Shown: positions 1-8,918 of the stretch, piece after piece
Layout: every line of letters begins with the position of its first letter
Numbering within the stretch: the first letter of the stretch is position 1
Assembly: GCF_040096415.1 (NCBI RefSeq)
Contig: NZ_JBBMEU010000010.1
Location: 20,143-44,142 of the forward strand
Direction of reading: 5' to 3'
Origin: Megasphaera intestinihominis
GTDB lineage: Bacteria; Bacillota; Negativicutes; Veillonellales; Megasphaeraceae
Length of the DNA stretch: 24,000 nt
Translations under genes and position numbers: made by a program
Notes under the pieces: generated by a model
Seen by the model: only the letters and a program-made list of their open reading frames with translations
Databases searched by the model: none
What the model was told of the DNA's origin: nothing

Positions 1-609
1 ATAAATGTTACAATGTGATACAACGTGACCAAATCTGGCACAAAATCAATAAATGTCAAGCGAAAAAGCGCTTATTTAAGCCGTTTTGAACAATTTTGTA
101 CCATTCTGGACATTACTTACGATAATTTAACGTTATCGGAAGTAATCGAGGGGCTACTTCTACCCCATGCTCAAAATGACTGCAAAATCGCTGTATCGAG
201 TTCTTCACAGTCATTGATTGAATTCATTTATTTTATCTTGGCTATTTGTGATTCTCCCTGCTGATATGCTATTATTTTTTTGATGAAAAGTTTTTCTGTG
301 TTTTATAATATATATCTGTATCTGTTTGCAGAGATATATATATTGTTAGGCTTATGCAGGCTGGTTGGAATCGGATATAGGATCCGTGGTATTTTTGGGT
401 ACACTAAGCGGAGTCGACGCCTGGATTGTGCGAATCGCTATATAGTCCGCGATATTGTCGTATTATCGCATGATTTAGTATCAGGCTGATGTGTTATATT
501 ATCTATGGATATGGGCCTTTTTTCTATACAGTAGTGTTTTAATAGTTGAGCTAATCAACTATTTGCAAAATCAGCCTTTTCTCGTAAAAATAGTTCAAAA
601 AATTATTTC

Positions 610-638
610 TTGCGAATGATTTTCTCTGGCAGTATAAT
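610..638 (+). promoter_or_regulatory. Predicted sigma-A type promoter for the MFS transporter gene
   Basis: TTGCGA - 17 nt - TATAAT; followed by a GGAGG Shine-Dalgarno just upstream of ATG 681. Confidence 0.6.
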
Positions 639-680
639 TACATTTATCTATCAATTTATTTTTACGGAGGGTTATTCGCG

Positions 681-2039
681 ATGCAGCGATTTTTATCTTA
701 TGAAAATACGATTTTAGCCGTCGTCATGATGGTATCTTTCATCAATCCTTTTACCAGCAGCGCCCTGACGACAGCCCTGCCTAGCATCGGTACGGCTTAT
801 GGTGCGACTGATGCTCAGCTCAGTTGGGTCATTGAGTTGTTCTTGATTTCTTCGACCGTGACCATCATGCCAATCAGCAAGATTGCCGACCGGATTGGCA
901 AGCGTCATATCTTTTTATTCGGCGTCTCCTTGTTCTGTGTCTCTTCGCTGGCCGTTTATTTTGTGAACTCCTTGTACGGTCTGTTCTTGCTGCGCATCCT
1001 GCAGGGGCTGGGCAGTGCCAGTATTTTCGCGACCAGCATGGCCATCGTATCCCTGGTCACGCCGCCACAGCGCCGCGGCCGGGCCATGGGCTTTACGATT
1101 GCCGCCGTATATTGCGGCCTGTCCTTTGGGCCTGTCCTGGGCGGCTTCTTTTCTTATTACTTAGGCTGGAAGACGATTTTTTATTTCATCGCCTTCATCT
1201 GTGCCCTGGCCTGGCTGATTGCAGCCCGCAGCATGACGAAGGAAGAATGGATCGTCAACGCGAAAGGCAGTCTCGATTTGCCTGGCAGTCTGTTGTATGC
1301 CCTGGCCATGATTGCCATTATGGTTGGCTTATCGGAAGTAATGACTCTGGCATACGCCAAATACCTCTTAGCTGCCGGTCTCCTCTTGTTCCTAGCTTTC
1401 TTATACGGTGAATGGCACCGGAAAAGCCCGGTCCTGCCAGTCCGTATTTTTGCAGGCAACCGCGTCTTCTCTTGTTCCAGTCTGGCGGCCATGCTCAATT
1501 ACTGCGCGACCTTCGGCATCAGTTTCCTCTTGTCCATTTACTTGCAGCGCATTACCGGCCTCAATGCCCGCGATACGGGGCTGGTTTTACTGATTCAGCC
1601 CGTACTGATGGCCCTCTTGTCCCCTGTCACCGGGGCCCTGTCGGACCGTATCAATCCAGCCGTCCTGGCTTCTTCCGGCATGATTTTGATTACCTTTGGC
1701 CTCTGTCTCTTAGCGGTGGATGTCTCTTACCCTTTTTTCTGGCTCATCGCCCTGGCCCTAGTCATCATCGGCATCGGCTTTGCCCTGTTCACGGCACCGA
1801 ATAACAATGCTATCATGGGGGCTGTGACGCCAAAATATTACGGCGCTGCCTCGTCTGTCGTCAGTACGGTCCGCCTCATCGGTCAGGTCCTCAGTGTGGC
1901 TATCATCACCCTGATTCTGTCGCAAAGCGGGGCCTCGGCTGCCTCGGATTGGCTGGCCCAGCACATCCAGCAGGCCTTCATCGTCTTTACGATTCTCTGT
2001 GCCATCGGCATCGTCCCTTCAGCTGCACGGAGTAAGTAG
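681..2039 (+). CDS. MFS transporter, drug:H+ antiporter (DHA2/EmrB-QacA-like)
   Basis: 452 aa, many hydrophobic helices, motifs such as DRIGKRHIFLFG and VLGPVLGG-like GPVLGGFFSYYLGWKTIFY; good RBS. Confidence 0.9.
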   Translation: MQRFLSYENTILAVVMMVSFINPFTSSALTTALPSIGTAYGATDAQLSWVIELFLISSTVTIMPISKIADRIGKRHIFLFGVSLFCVSSLAVYFVNSLYGLFLLRILQGLGSASIFATSMAIVSLVTPPQRRGRAMGFTIAAVYCGLSFGPVLGGFFSYYLGWKTIFYFIAFICALAWLIAARSMTKEEWIVNAKGSLDLPGSLLYALAMIAIMVGLSEVMTLAYAKYLLAAGLLLFLAFLYGEWHRKSPVLPVRIFAGNRVFSCSSLAAMLNYCATFGISFLLSIYLQRITGLNARDTGLVLLIQPVLMALLSPVTGALSDRINPAVLASSGMILITFGLCLLAVDVSYPFFWLIALALVIIGIGFALFTAPNNNAIMGAVTPKYYGAASSVVSTVRLIGQVLSVAIITLILSQSGASAASDWLAQHIQQAFIVFTILCAIGIVPSAARSK

Positions 2040-2068
2040 TGATTAGTAATTCGTGGTTCGTGGTTCGC

Positions 2069-2104
2069 AAAAAAGCGACTGTCCTATAAAGACAGCCGCT
2101 TTTT
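2069..2104. terminator. Bidirectional intrinsic terminator between convergent genes
   Basis: aaaaaagcgactgtc-ctataaa-gacagccgctttt hairpin with A-run/T-run on both sides. Confidence 0.75.
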
Positions 2105-2192
2105 GAGTATTAAGTTTTGTAGTTTTTAGTGAATGATTAAATGTAAAGCCATCGTCTGCAAACTACGAACTTCGAACTATAAACTATGTTTT

Positions 2193-2726
2193 TTATTTTA
2201 CAAAATAATGAGCCGAGTCGTCGACGAGGCTGTTTTCCAGGAGGGCTTTGAATTCCGGTGCGCTCATCCCCGTTGCCTGGGCGGAGAACTGATAGTCCCC
2301 GACTTTCCAATGAGCCGCATAGGACGTGTCACTGATTTTTGCTATGCTGACGGTGACGCCGTCGATGACCTGGTCTTTCCAGGTTACGCTATAGATGCCA
2401 GAAATGTCTTTTATGGATTTATCGGCTTTCTGCGGCATCGTGCGGACGCGGACCGTCGTTTCCGGCTGTCCTAAGCGCTGGAAGCCGATATCTGCCGTGT
2501 TTTTGCCGATCAAAGAAAGATAGTAGCAGCTGAATCCGGCATCGCGGGTCAAATATAAGGGCGTAAAGCCGGCATCTTTGACGACACTTTCATAAGTATC
2601 ATAAGTTACGATGGGATTGGGCAGCCCCATGGCCTGGACCTTCGGCGTGCTGGCAGCCAGGGAAACGCTGCCGATCATCAAGGCCGCACAGGCTAATACA
2701 GCGGTTCTTTTTACAGTATATTTCAT
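2193..2726 (-). CDS. Small secreted/exported protein of unknown function
   Basis: 177 aa with N-terminal signal peptide (MKYTVKRTAVLACAALMIGSVSLAASTPKVQA); RBS-like GAGGTG upstream. Confidence 0.7.
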   Translation of the reverse strand: MKYTVKRTAVLACAALMIGSVSLAASTPKVQAMGLPNPIVTYDTYESVVKDAGFTPLYLTRDAGFSCYYLSLIGKNTADIGFQRLGQPETTVRVRTMPQKADKSIKDISGIYSVTWKDQVIDGVTVSIAKISDTSYAAHWKVGDYQFSAQATGMSAPEFKALLENSLVDDSAHYFVK

Positions 2727-2754
2727 TTTCTACACCTCGTTCACCATAAAAAAA

Positions 2755-2807
2755 AAATTAAACGTTTAAGTAACTATGAGTATACCCAAACGTTTAATTT
2801 CTGTCAA
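2755..2807 (-). promoter_or_regulatory. Predicted strong promoter with two operator-like palindromes
   Basis: Minus strand TTGACA (2802-2807) - 17 nt - TATACT (2779-2784); perfect 13-bp inverted repeat aaattaaacgttt/aaacgtttaattt at 2755-2767 and 2788-2800. Confidence 0.6.
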
Positions 2808-2815
2808 ACTAAAAA

Positions 2816-3157
2816 CTATTCCCACGTTTTCCAGACTTCTGGCACGTAGCCGACGGTCGCCTTGGCGCCATTGCGGACGATGGGCGTCTTTAAGACTTGC
2901 TGGTTCGCCAGCACATTGGCATCTCTTTCGTCATCGACGGCATATTGGATGCGGGCCAGCGTATCCTGATCCTTGCATTTCGGATTGAGCATGGCATTGA
3001 GGCCGCCGACGGCCTGCTTGACCTTGGTGTATTCGCCTTTACTCAGGCCTTTTTCTTTCAAGTCGATGAACTGGGCCTTGATGTTCCGTTCTTTGAAATA
3101 GCGGATGGCTTTCTTGGTATCAAAGCACTTTTTCGTGCCGAAAATCTGGATATTCAT
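2816..3157 (-). CDS. ArsC/Spx/MgsR-family glutaredoxin-fold protein
   Basis: MNIQIFGTKKCFDTKKAIRYFKERNIKAQFIDLKEKGLS and C-terminal LKTPIVRNG; start reassigned to 3157 because AGGAGGAAT lies directly upstream. Confidence 0.85.
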   Translation of the reverse strand: MNIQIFGTKKCFDTKKAIRYFKERNIKAQFIDLKEKGLSKGEYTKVKQAVGGLNAMLNPKCKDQDTLARIQYAVDDERDANVLANQQVLKTPIVRNGAKATVGYVPEVWKTWE

Positions 3158-3167
3158 GGGATTCCTC

Positions 3168-4589
3168 CTAATGAGTAGCGGACTGAGGGCTGTGGACCTT
3201 CTTTTCCGCGGCTTCTTTTTCTTTATTAGCTTCGATTTCAGCCCACAACTTGTCGGCTGTCGGTTTCCACTGTACGGCATAAGCCTTGCATTTATTACAT
3301 AAGTGTTCTGCCGATTCCGGCGACTGCAGGTCCGTCGATTTGGCACCGCTGCGTTTGACCATGGCGGCTAAATACTGCGGATTTTCAAGCATCGGACACG
3401 GGCGCAGATGGTTGTGGTTGAAGGGCTGGCCTTTGGCATATTCTTTGAAGAGCGGCTGCTGCAAGCATGAGAGCAGGCTCTGATTGTTGATATTAGCGCT
3501 GGAATAATGGATGAAGACGCACGGTTCGACGTCGCCATTGGGGTTGATATGGCAGTAATTGCGGCCGCCAGCGACACAGCCGTCGATGAACTGGCCATCG
3601 TTCTGGAAATCGATGGCGAAAATCGGCTTGCCACCCTTTACGCTGCGGATTTCGCGGACCCGGCGTACCATATAGGCCCGCTGTTCTTCTGTCGGCAGCA
3701 GGTCCAGCGAGGCGTCGTTGCCGACGGGCATATAATGGAAGTACCACGTAAACCAGACGCCCTTCTTGATGAGCAGGTCCAGGAATTCGTCAGACGTGAC
3801 GGTGTCGATGTTTTTCCGGGTATAACAGATGGACGTCCCAAAAACGATGCCGTGCTTGCGCAGGAGGTCCATGGCGTGCATGACCTTGTCGAAATCGCCT
3901 TCGCCGCGGCGGCTGTCATTGACTTCACGGAATCCTTCGATACTGAGGGAGAAGCTGAGATTGCCTACGTCCGTGACTTCGTCGCAAAAAGCATCATCAA
4001 TGAGCGTACCGTTGGTAAAAGCGTGGAATTCACAGTCCGGGTGTTTCCGGCACAGACGCAGGATATCTTTCTTGCGCATGAGCGGTTCGCCGCCCGTGAG
4101 TAGGTAGAAATGACAGCCTAGAGCCTTGCCTTCGCGGACGATTTTATCCATGACGTCGAACGACAAGTTCAGCGTATGACCGTATTCAGCAGCCCAGCAG
4201 CCGATGCAATGCAGGTTGCAGGCGCTGGTCGGGTCGAAGAGGATGGCCCAGGGAATATTGCAGTGATATTTCGCCTTGGCGGCGTCGCGCGTACGCAGGC
4301 CGTAAAATCCAGCTTCAAAGCCCAGGTCCATGACGGCCGTCTTGACGACATGCGGGTTCAAGGTGTCCAGAGCCGTATTGAGGAAGCGGAACCATTTGCC
4401 CCCTTCATCGATGAGTCTGCGTGCATCGTCAAAGGATTCCTTTTCAAAGAGGTCGCCAAACAGATGCTGCATGACATAAGATAAGCATTTCAATGTTTTT
4501 TGACGGTCTGCCGGATTCCGTTCGGCCATGATGCGGTCGACCAGGATTTCGACAGCCTTCTTTTCGATACGATGGGTTAACTTGCTCAT
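3168..4589 (-). CDS. Radical SAM protein with C-terminal SPASM-like cysteine-rich region
   Basis: CNLHCIGC (CxxxCxxC) radical SAM motif, GGEP, C-terminal cysteines (CVAGGRNYCHINPNGDVEPC...CPMLENP...CNKC); start at MSKL preferred from RBS spacing. Confidence 0.85.
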   Translation of the reverse strand: MSKLTHRIEKKAVEILVDRIMAERNPADRQKTLKCLSYVMQHLFGDLFEKESFDDARRLIDEGGKWFRFLNTALDTLNPHVVKTAVMDLGFEAGFYGLRTRDAAKAKYHCNIPWAILFDPTSACNLHCIGCWAAEYGHTLNLSFDVMDKIVREGKALGCHFYLLTGGEPLMRKKDILRLCRKHPDCEFHAFTNGTLIDDAFCDEVTDVGNLSFSLSIEGFREVNDSRRGEGDFDKVMHAMDLLRKHGIVFGTSICYTRKNIDTVTSDEFLDLLIKKGVWFTWYFHYMPVGNDASLDLLPTEEQRAYMVRRVREIRSVKGGKPIFAIDFQNDGQFIDGCVAGGRNYCHINPNGDVEPCVFIHYSSANINNQSLLSCLQQPLFKEYAKGQPFNHNHLRPCPMLENPQYLAAMVKRSGAKSTDLQSPESAEHLCNKCKAYAVQWKPTADKLWAEIEANKEKEAAEKKVHSPQSATH

Positions 4590-4654
4590 ACCAATCATCT
4601 CCTACAAAATTAAACAATTGAAACGGCGCTGTTTCTATTTCTTTGTATAGTTCT

Positions 4655-4682
4655 ATTATACGCTTATTTTAGCAAAAGTCAA
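4655..4682 (-). promoter_or_regulatory. Predicted promoter for the radical SAM gene
   Basis: Minus strand TTGACT - 16 nt - TATAAT. Confidence 0.5.
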
Positions 4683-4785
4683 AAAGTCAATATGAATTGG
4701 AAAACAAAAGACTTTTACTTTTTTAATGATATACTTTATAATATACTTGTATAATATTTATTTACACCATAAAGGGGAATTTTTT

Positions 4786-5982
4786 ATGGCTAAGAAAGAA
4801 AATAAGTTCAAGGGGTATGACATTTCGACACAGGCTGTACACACTGGTGCCGGCTATGACGCAGAAACGGGCGCTGTCCGCCGGCCATTGCACATGGCCA
4901 ACAGCTACAAGCTGCCCGATGATCTGTCGAAGGTCAACTATTCATCGACGGATTTGCTGATGTATGCCCGTAACGGCAACCCGAATCAACATTGGCTGGA
5001 AGAAAAAGTAGCGGCCCTTCATGGTGCCGATGACGCCATCGTCCTGGGAAGCGGCGTCGCCGCCCTTCACGCCCTGTTCTGGACCCTGCTCAAGACGGGC
5101 GACCGCGTCGTCTATCCGAAAGTCAGTTATATGGCAGTCTATCGCCTGTTCCACGAATTATTCAACCAGAAATTCGGCGTCGAAACGGTCATGGTCGATA
5201 TGACTGACCTGGAAGCCGTCAAGAAAGCGATTACGCCGGGGACGCGCCTAGTCCATATTGAAACGCCGGACAACCCGACTGATGGCATTTCAGATATCGA
5301 AGCCATCGCTAAAATCGCTCATGAAAACGAGGCTGTCTTGTCCGTCGACAATACCTTTGCGTCGCCTCTCAACCAGCGACCACTGGACCTGGGAGCCGAT
5401 TTCGTCGTCGAATCGCTGACGAAATATATCAACGGCCATGGCGATGCCCAGGGCGGGGCCATCATTTCCAATGATTTGGCAGCGATGGACCGGATCCGCT
5501 ATGAAGCCCAGGTCAACGTCGGCTCTGTCATCAGCCCCTTCAATACCTGGCAGATTTTCCGCGGTGCCGTGACCTTCCCCTTGCGGATGGAACGCATCAA
5601 CGCATCGACGCAGAAAATCGCCGAATGGCTGGAACAGCGGCAAAACGTCACCTTCGTTTCCTATCCCGGCCTGGCCAGCCATCCCGGTCATGAATTGGCC
5701 AAGAAACAGATGAAGCACGGCTTTGGCGGCGTCATTTCCTTTGGCATCGCAGCCGACGACAAGGCCGTCGAACGCTTCTGCGCAGCTTTGAAAGTCGTCA
5801 CCTTCGCCGTATCCCTCGGCCATGACGAAAGCCTGATTTTCCCGCAGCCCAGCTACGATGAACGCATCAATCTCTACCCGGAAAAATTCCGCAAGGGCTT
5901 CATCCGTTTCAGCATCGGCCTGGAAGACCCGGACGACATCATCGGTGACCTGGACCAGGCACTGAAAGCCATCGGCTTATAA
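4786..5982 (+). CDS. PLP-dependent Cys/Met metabolism enzyme, methionine gamma-lyase-like
   Basis: Trans-sulfuration enzyme features: SGVAALHALFW, DNTFASPLNQRPLDLGADFVVESLTKYINGHGDAQGG (PLP lysine in SLTKY); start MAKKENK with upstream AGGGG. Confidence 0.85.
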   Translation: MAKKENKFKGYDISTQAVHTGAGYDAETGAVRRPLHMANSYKLPDDLSKVNYSSTDLLMYARNGNPNQHWLEEKVAALHGADDAIVLGSGVAALHALFWTLLKTGDRVVYPKVSYMAVYRLFHELFNQKFGVETVMVDMTDLEAVKKAITPGTRLVHIETPDNPTDGISDIEAIAKIAHENEAVLSVDNTFASPLNQRPLDLGADFVVESLTKYINGHGDAQGGAIISNDLAAMDRIRYEAQVNVGSVISPFNTWQIFRGAVTFPLRMERINASTQKIAEWLEQRQNVTFVSYPGLASHPGHELAKKQMKHGFGGVISFGIAADDKAVERFCAALKVVTFAVSLGHDESLIFPQPSYDERINLYPEKFRKGFIRFSIGLEDPDDIIGDLDQALKAIGL

Positions 5983-5984
5983 AG

Positions 5985-6746
5985 TCAGCGGAACCAGCGG
6001 CTGCCGTACAAGAGAATCGATTGGGGAATCCACCCCGACAGAAAACGGAGCAAGGTCGAGACGACATCCGGCGTGATGACGACTCGGCCTTTTTTCACGG
6101 CCTGGAAGGAGCGGCGGGCAATGGCTTCCTTCGTCCCGGCCAGGGGAAAATGGCGGAACAGCCGGCCTTCATCGGTCTGGCGGGCCGTCGCGATGAATCC
6201 TGTATCTTTCACCCAATACGGACAAACGGCAGATACGAGGATACCCTGCGGTGCCAGTTCCACGGCCAGTGCCCGGCTGTAGCGTAGGAGAAAGGCTTTC
6301 GTCGCCGCGTAGACAGCCAGTTCCGGAATGGGCAGGAAGGCTGCGCAGGAACAAATCTGGACCAGATGACTGCCGGCATGACAATAAGGCAGTACAGCCT
6401 GGACCAGGCTGACAGCGGCCCGGTCGTTGAGGTCGATCATGTTTTCCAGGACGCCTGCCGGAACGGCCGCCACAGGCCCCATCTTGCCAAAGCCGGCGGC
6501 GTGGATCAAATAACGGACCGTGACCTGGCAGGCCGCTAAGGCTTGCTGCAGCGTCAGCAAAGAAGCCCTGTCCGTCAGGTCCAGGGCGTAGATACGGCTT
6601 TTCGTCGTCAGTTCTCCAGCCAGGGTTTCCAACTGGGGCCGGCGCCGGGCGACGAGCCAGATTTCATCCAATCCTTCTTGGTCCAGCAATTTCGCATATT
6701 CCCGGCCCAGCCCGGACGAAGCGCCGGTGACGATGGCTATTTCCAT
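5985..6746 (-). CDS. Short-chain dehydrogenase/reductase (SDR) family protein
   Basis: MEIAIVTGASSGLGREYA Rossmann glycine motif and YAATKAFLLRYS active site; start at 6746 supported by AGGAGGGAG. Confidence 0.9.
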   Translation of the reverse strand: MEIAIVTGASSGLGREYAKLLDQEGLDEIWLVARRRPQLETLAGELTTKSRIYALDLTDRASLLTLQQALAACQVTVRYLIHAAGFGKMGPVAAVPAGVLENMIDLNDRAAVSLVQAVLPYCHAGSHLVQICSCAAFLPIPELAVYAATKAFLLRYSRALAVELAPQGILVSAVCPYWVKDTGFIATARQTDEGRLFRHFPLAGTKEAIARRSFQAVKKGRVVITPDVVSTLLRFLSGWIPQSILLYGSRWFR

Positions 6747-7288
6747 AAGACTCCCTCCTGACAAGAACGATAGCACTGCAAGTATTCGGCTTCGACGTCG
6801 GCAAAGGGACGCGGCCGGTAATCGGGGATACAATGGACCTGTGGCGGCTCGCCCTGAGGCTGGTCGTGCAAGAGACAGGTCAGGTCATACCAGAGGAAAT
6901 CATCGTCAATCCCTTTGAGGAGGCGTGTTTCCCCTTCCGTCAAGGGCTGGCCTAAGAATTTCTCATAAATGATAGCCAGCAATTTGGCTTCCGTCTGCCG
7001 GTATATCGGCATGAGCTGCTTCATCGGCCGGGGCACGTCGGACATATAACACTCCGTCGCATCGTGCAGTAAGGCGGCCAGGACCAGCCGGGACGGCAGC
7101 TGGCGGGCCATCACTTCGTTGGCGCATTGCAGACAATGCTGGCCGACGGAATAAAAAGTCATCACATGGCCGTTGCCCCGACAGATGAGGGACAAGGCGT
7201 GGGCAATATCTTCGATGCAGATGCTTGCCGGGTCGGGATGGGTGATATCGAAAAACTTTCCGCTATAGGTAGTGATTTGAGGAGACAT
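6737..7288 (-). CDS. HD-domain hydrolase (YfbR-like)
   Basis: HALSLICRGNGH...YSVGQHCLQCANEV...AALLHDATECYMSDVPRP; stop overlaps the start of the downstream SDR gene by 10 nt, suggesting an operon. Confidence 0.75.
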   Translation of the reverse strand: MSPQITTYSGKFFDITHPDPASICIEDIAHALSLICRGNGHVMTFYSVGQHCLQCANEVMARQLPSRLVLAALLHDATECYMSDVPRPMKQLMPIYRQTEAKLLAIIYEKFLGQPLTEGETRLLKGIDDDFLWYDLTCLLHDQPQGEPPQVHCIPDYRPRPFADVEAEYLQCYRSCQEGVLWK

Positions 7289-7418
7289 GATATAAGGGGT
7301 TCTTCCTTCTCTATATTTTTGATTTTTGTTATATTATTCCGATAAGTATTGCTTATCGGAAAGTTAAGGTTTTATGCTATATTTACGGCATCTTGCCGCC
7401 GCGTTTGCCGCCATGATT

Positions 7419-8543
7419 TCACAAAATCGAATCGAGCTTCTTCATGGCTTCCCGATTGCGTTTATCCGTAATCGTATCGTAAATGTTCGCCGTCGTGGCA
7501 ATGGTAGAATGGCCCAGCCGCTTGGAAACGTAGTCGAGCTCGATATTGTTTTCCAGCATCATCGTCGCATGGGTGTGGCGGAAGGAATGGAAACTGCCGC
7601 CGCCGAATTCCTTTTTGCACCACATATTGAAGTACCGCATGTCATTGCTGTTCATGGGACGGCCGTCTTCACGGGTACAGACGAAATCGCTTTCGACGTA
7701 GTCGTCGCCGTAAAGACGATGGTTCTTGGCCTGCTGGGCCTTATGGCGGAGCAGGGCCTTGTATAAGGTTTCATTAAAAGGAATGGTCCGGACCGACGAC
7801 TTCGTCTTCGGCGTGGCCTTGCAGACGGGCACACCCTTTTTGTCATACAAGGTACTGACCACGGAAAGCGTGCGGTTTTCCATGTCGATATGGGACCATT
7901 GCAGGGCCAGGCATTCGCCGACACGCAGGCCAGTACAATAGGCAATCATGCACGGCGCATAATATTTATGCCCTACCGGGAAGGCATGGAAAATAATCTG
8001 TATCTGCTGATGTGAAAAGATGACCGGCTTTTTCCGGGGAATATCGAATTTCGGCATCTTGACGTTGGCCATGGGATTGATTTCGATATACTGGCGGTTG
8101 GAGACGGCCCAGCGCATGGCGTCGTTGAAGACCGTGAAAATAGATTTAACCGTTGACCGGGAATAACCATCCTCTTTCAGGCTGTTGATCCAGTCCTGGA
8201 TTTCTGCCGTCGTCAGCGCTTCCAGGGCATAATTGCCAAAACGGGCACCAATATGCCATTTAATGATGCCGGAATAAGAATCATACGTATTAGGGCCTAA
8301 ATTGATGCGCACATCCTTTTCCAGCCAGTCCCGCAAAAAAGCCATGACCTTGACTTCCGGCTTTTCCGGCAGCTCCCCGTCTTCATCCAGGGCTTTCATG
8401 GCCTGGCGATAGGCTTTCGCCGCCTGGGCATACGAAGTACCGCCGACGCGTTCCACACGCTGCCTTCCCTGACCATCTTCCGTCGGGACTTCAATCGTAT
8501 AATACCATTTCTTGCCTCGTTTTCGTAAATACATATGCGGCAC
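7419..8543 (-). CDS. Phage/ICE-type tyrosine recombinase (integrase), orphan
   Basis: 374 aa with SAM-like N-terminal domain and catalytic residues in TGLRVGECLAL, HSFRHTHATMM, LGHSTIATTANIYDTIT. Confidence 0.92.
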   Translation of the reverse strand: MPHMYLRKRGKKWYYTIEVPTEDGQGRQRVERVGGTSYAQAAKAYRQAMKALDEDGELPEKPEVKVMAFLRDWLEKDVRINLGPNTYDSYSGIIKWHIGARFGNYALEALTTAEIQDWINSLKEDGYSRSTVKSIFTVFNDAMRWAVSNRQYIEINPMANVKMPKFDIPRKKPVIFSHQQIQIIFHAFPVGHKYYAPCMIAYCTGLRVGECLALQWSHIDMENRTLSVVSTLYDKKGVPVCKATPKTKSSVRTIPFNETLYKALLRHKAQQAKNHRLYGDDYVESDFVCTREDGRPMNSNDMRYFNMWCKKEFGGGSFHSFRHTHATMMLENNIELDYVSKRLGHSTIATTANIYDTITDKRNREAMKKLDSIL

Positions 8544-8706
8544 CTCCTTTGTTTACTATTGTACTATGAGAAAAGACAAGATGCAACAAACGTTCCTGTT
8601 GAATTTGCCAATTTAAGGAAAATAAAACAAGTTTCCCATGTGATTACTCACAAGATGATAAAAAACGTCTCATAAGGCCATTTATGAAAATTAGGCGGAT
8701 TTTTTT

Positions 8707-8769
8707 GCAAATAAAGAAACTATGTTCGACGAAACGATTATCCCTTTAGCGAACATAGTTTCTATTTGC
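8707..8769. repeat. Imperfect inverted repeat upstream of the HD-domain gene
   Basis: gcaaataaagaaactatgttcg (8707-8728) / cgaacatagtttctatttgc (8750-8769); 14-bp perfect core, 21-nt spacer. Confidence 0.7.
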
Positions 8770-8792
8770 TTTATTGGGCCGATATGGTACAA
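8765..8792 (+). promoter_or_regulatory. Possible promoter for the downstream HD-domain gene
   Basis: TTGCTT - 16 nt - TACAAT, with the -35 overlapping the right arm of the inverted repeat. Confidence 0.35.
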
Positions 8793-8918
8793 TAAAAATA
8801 GAGAATTAGCAAATTGTTGGATTCGGTAGAAGCAAAGCACAATTTTTATGGAATATTTACGCTGTTTATACATTCCTTTGTTATACTGAAAAGACTAGCA
8901 CAGAAAAGGAATGATATC

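Noticed and set aside
25-489. Two short ORFs (79 and 69 aa) at the left edge
   Set aside because: No recognisable domain, poor RBS, AT-rich region; not enough support to call genes. Could be decayed remnants.
3507-4103. 198-aa plus-strand ORF antisense to the radical SAM gene, and comparable antisense ORFs at 5290..5823, 12590-region alternatives and 19008..19544
   Set aside because: Each lies fully opposite a well-supported gene, with no RBS or recognisable domain.
7374-7766. 130-aa plus-strand ORF over the integrase 3' end, considered as a possible antitoxin or excisionase
   Set aside because: Overlaps confidently assigned integrase coding sequence and looks like a reverse-complement artefact.
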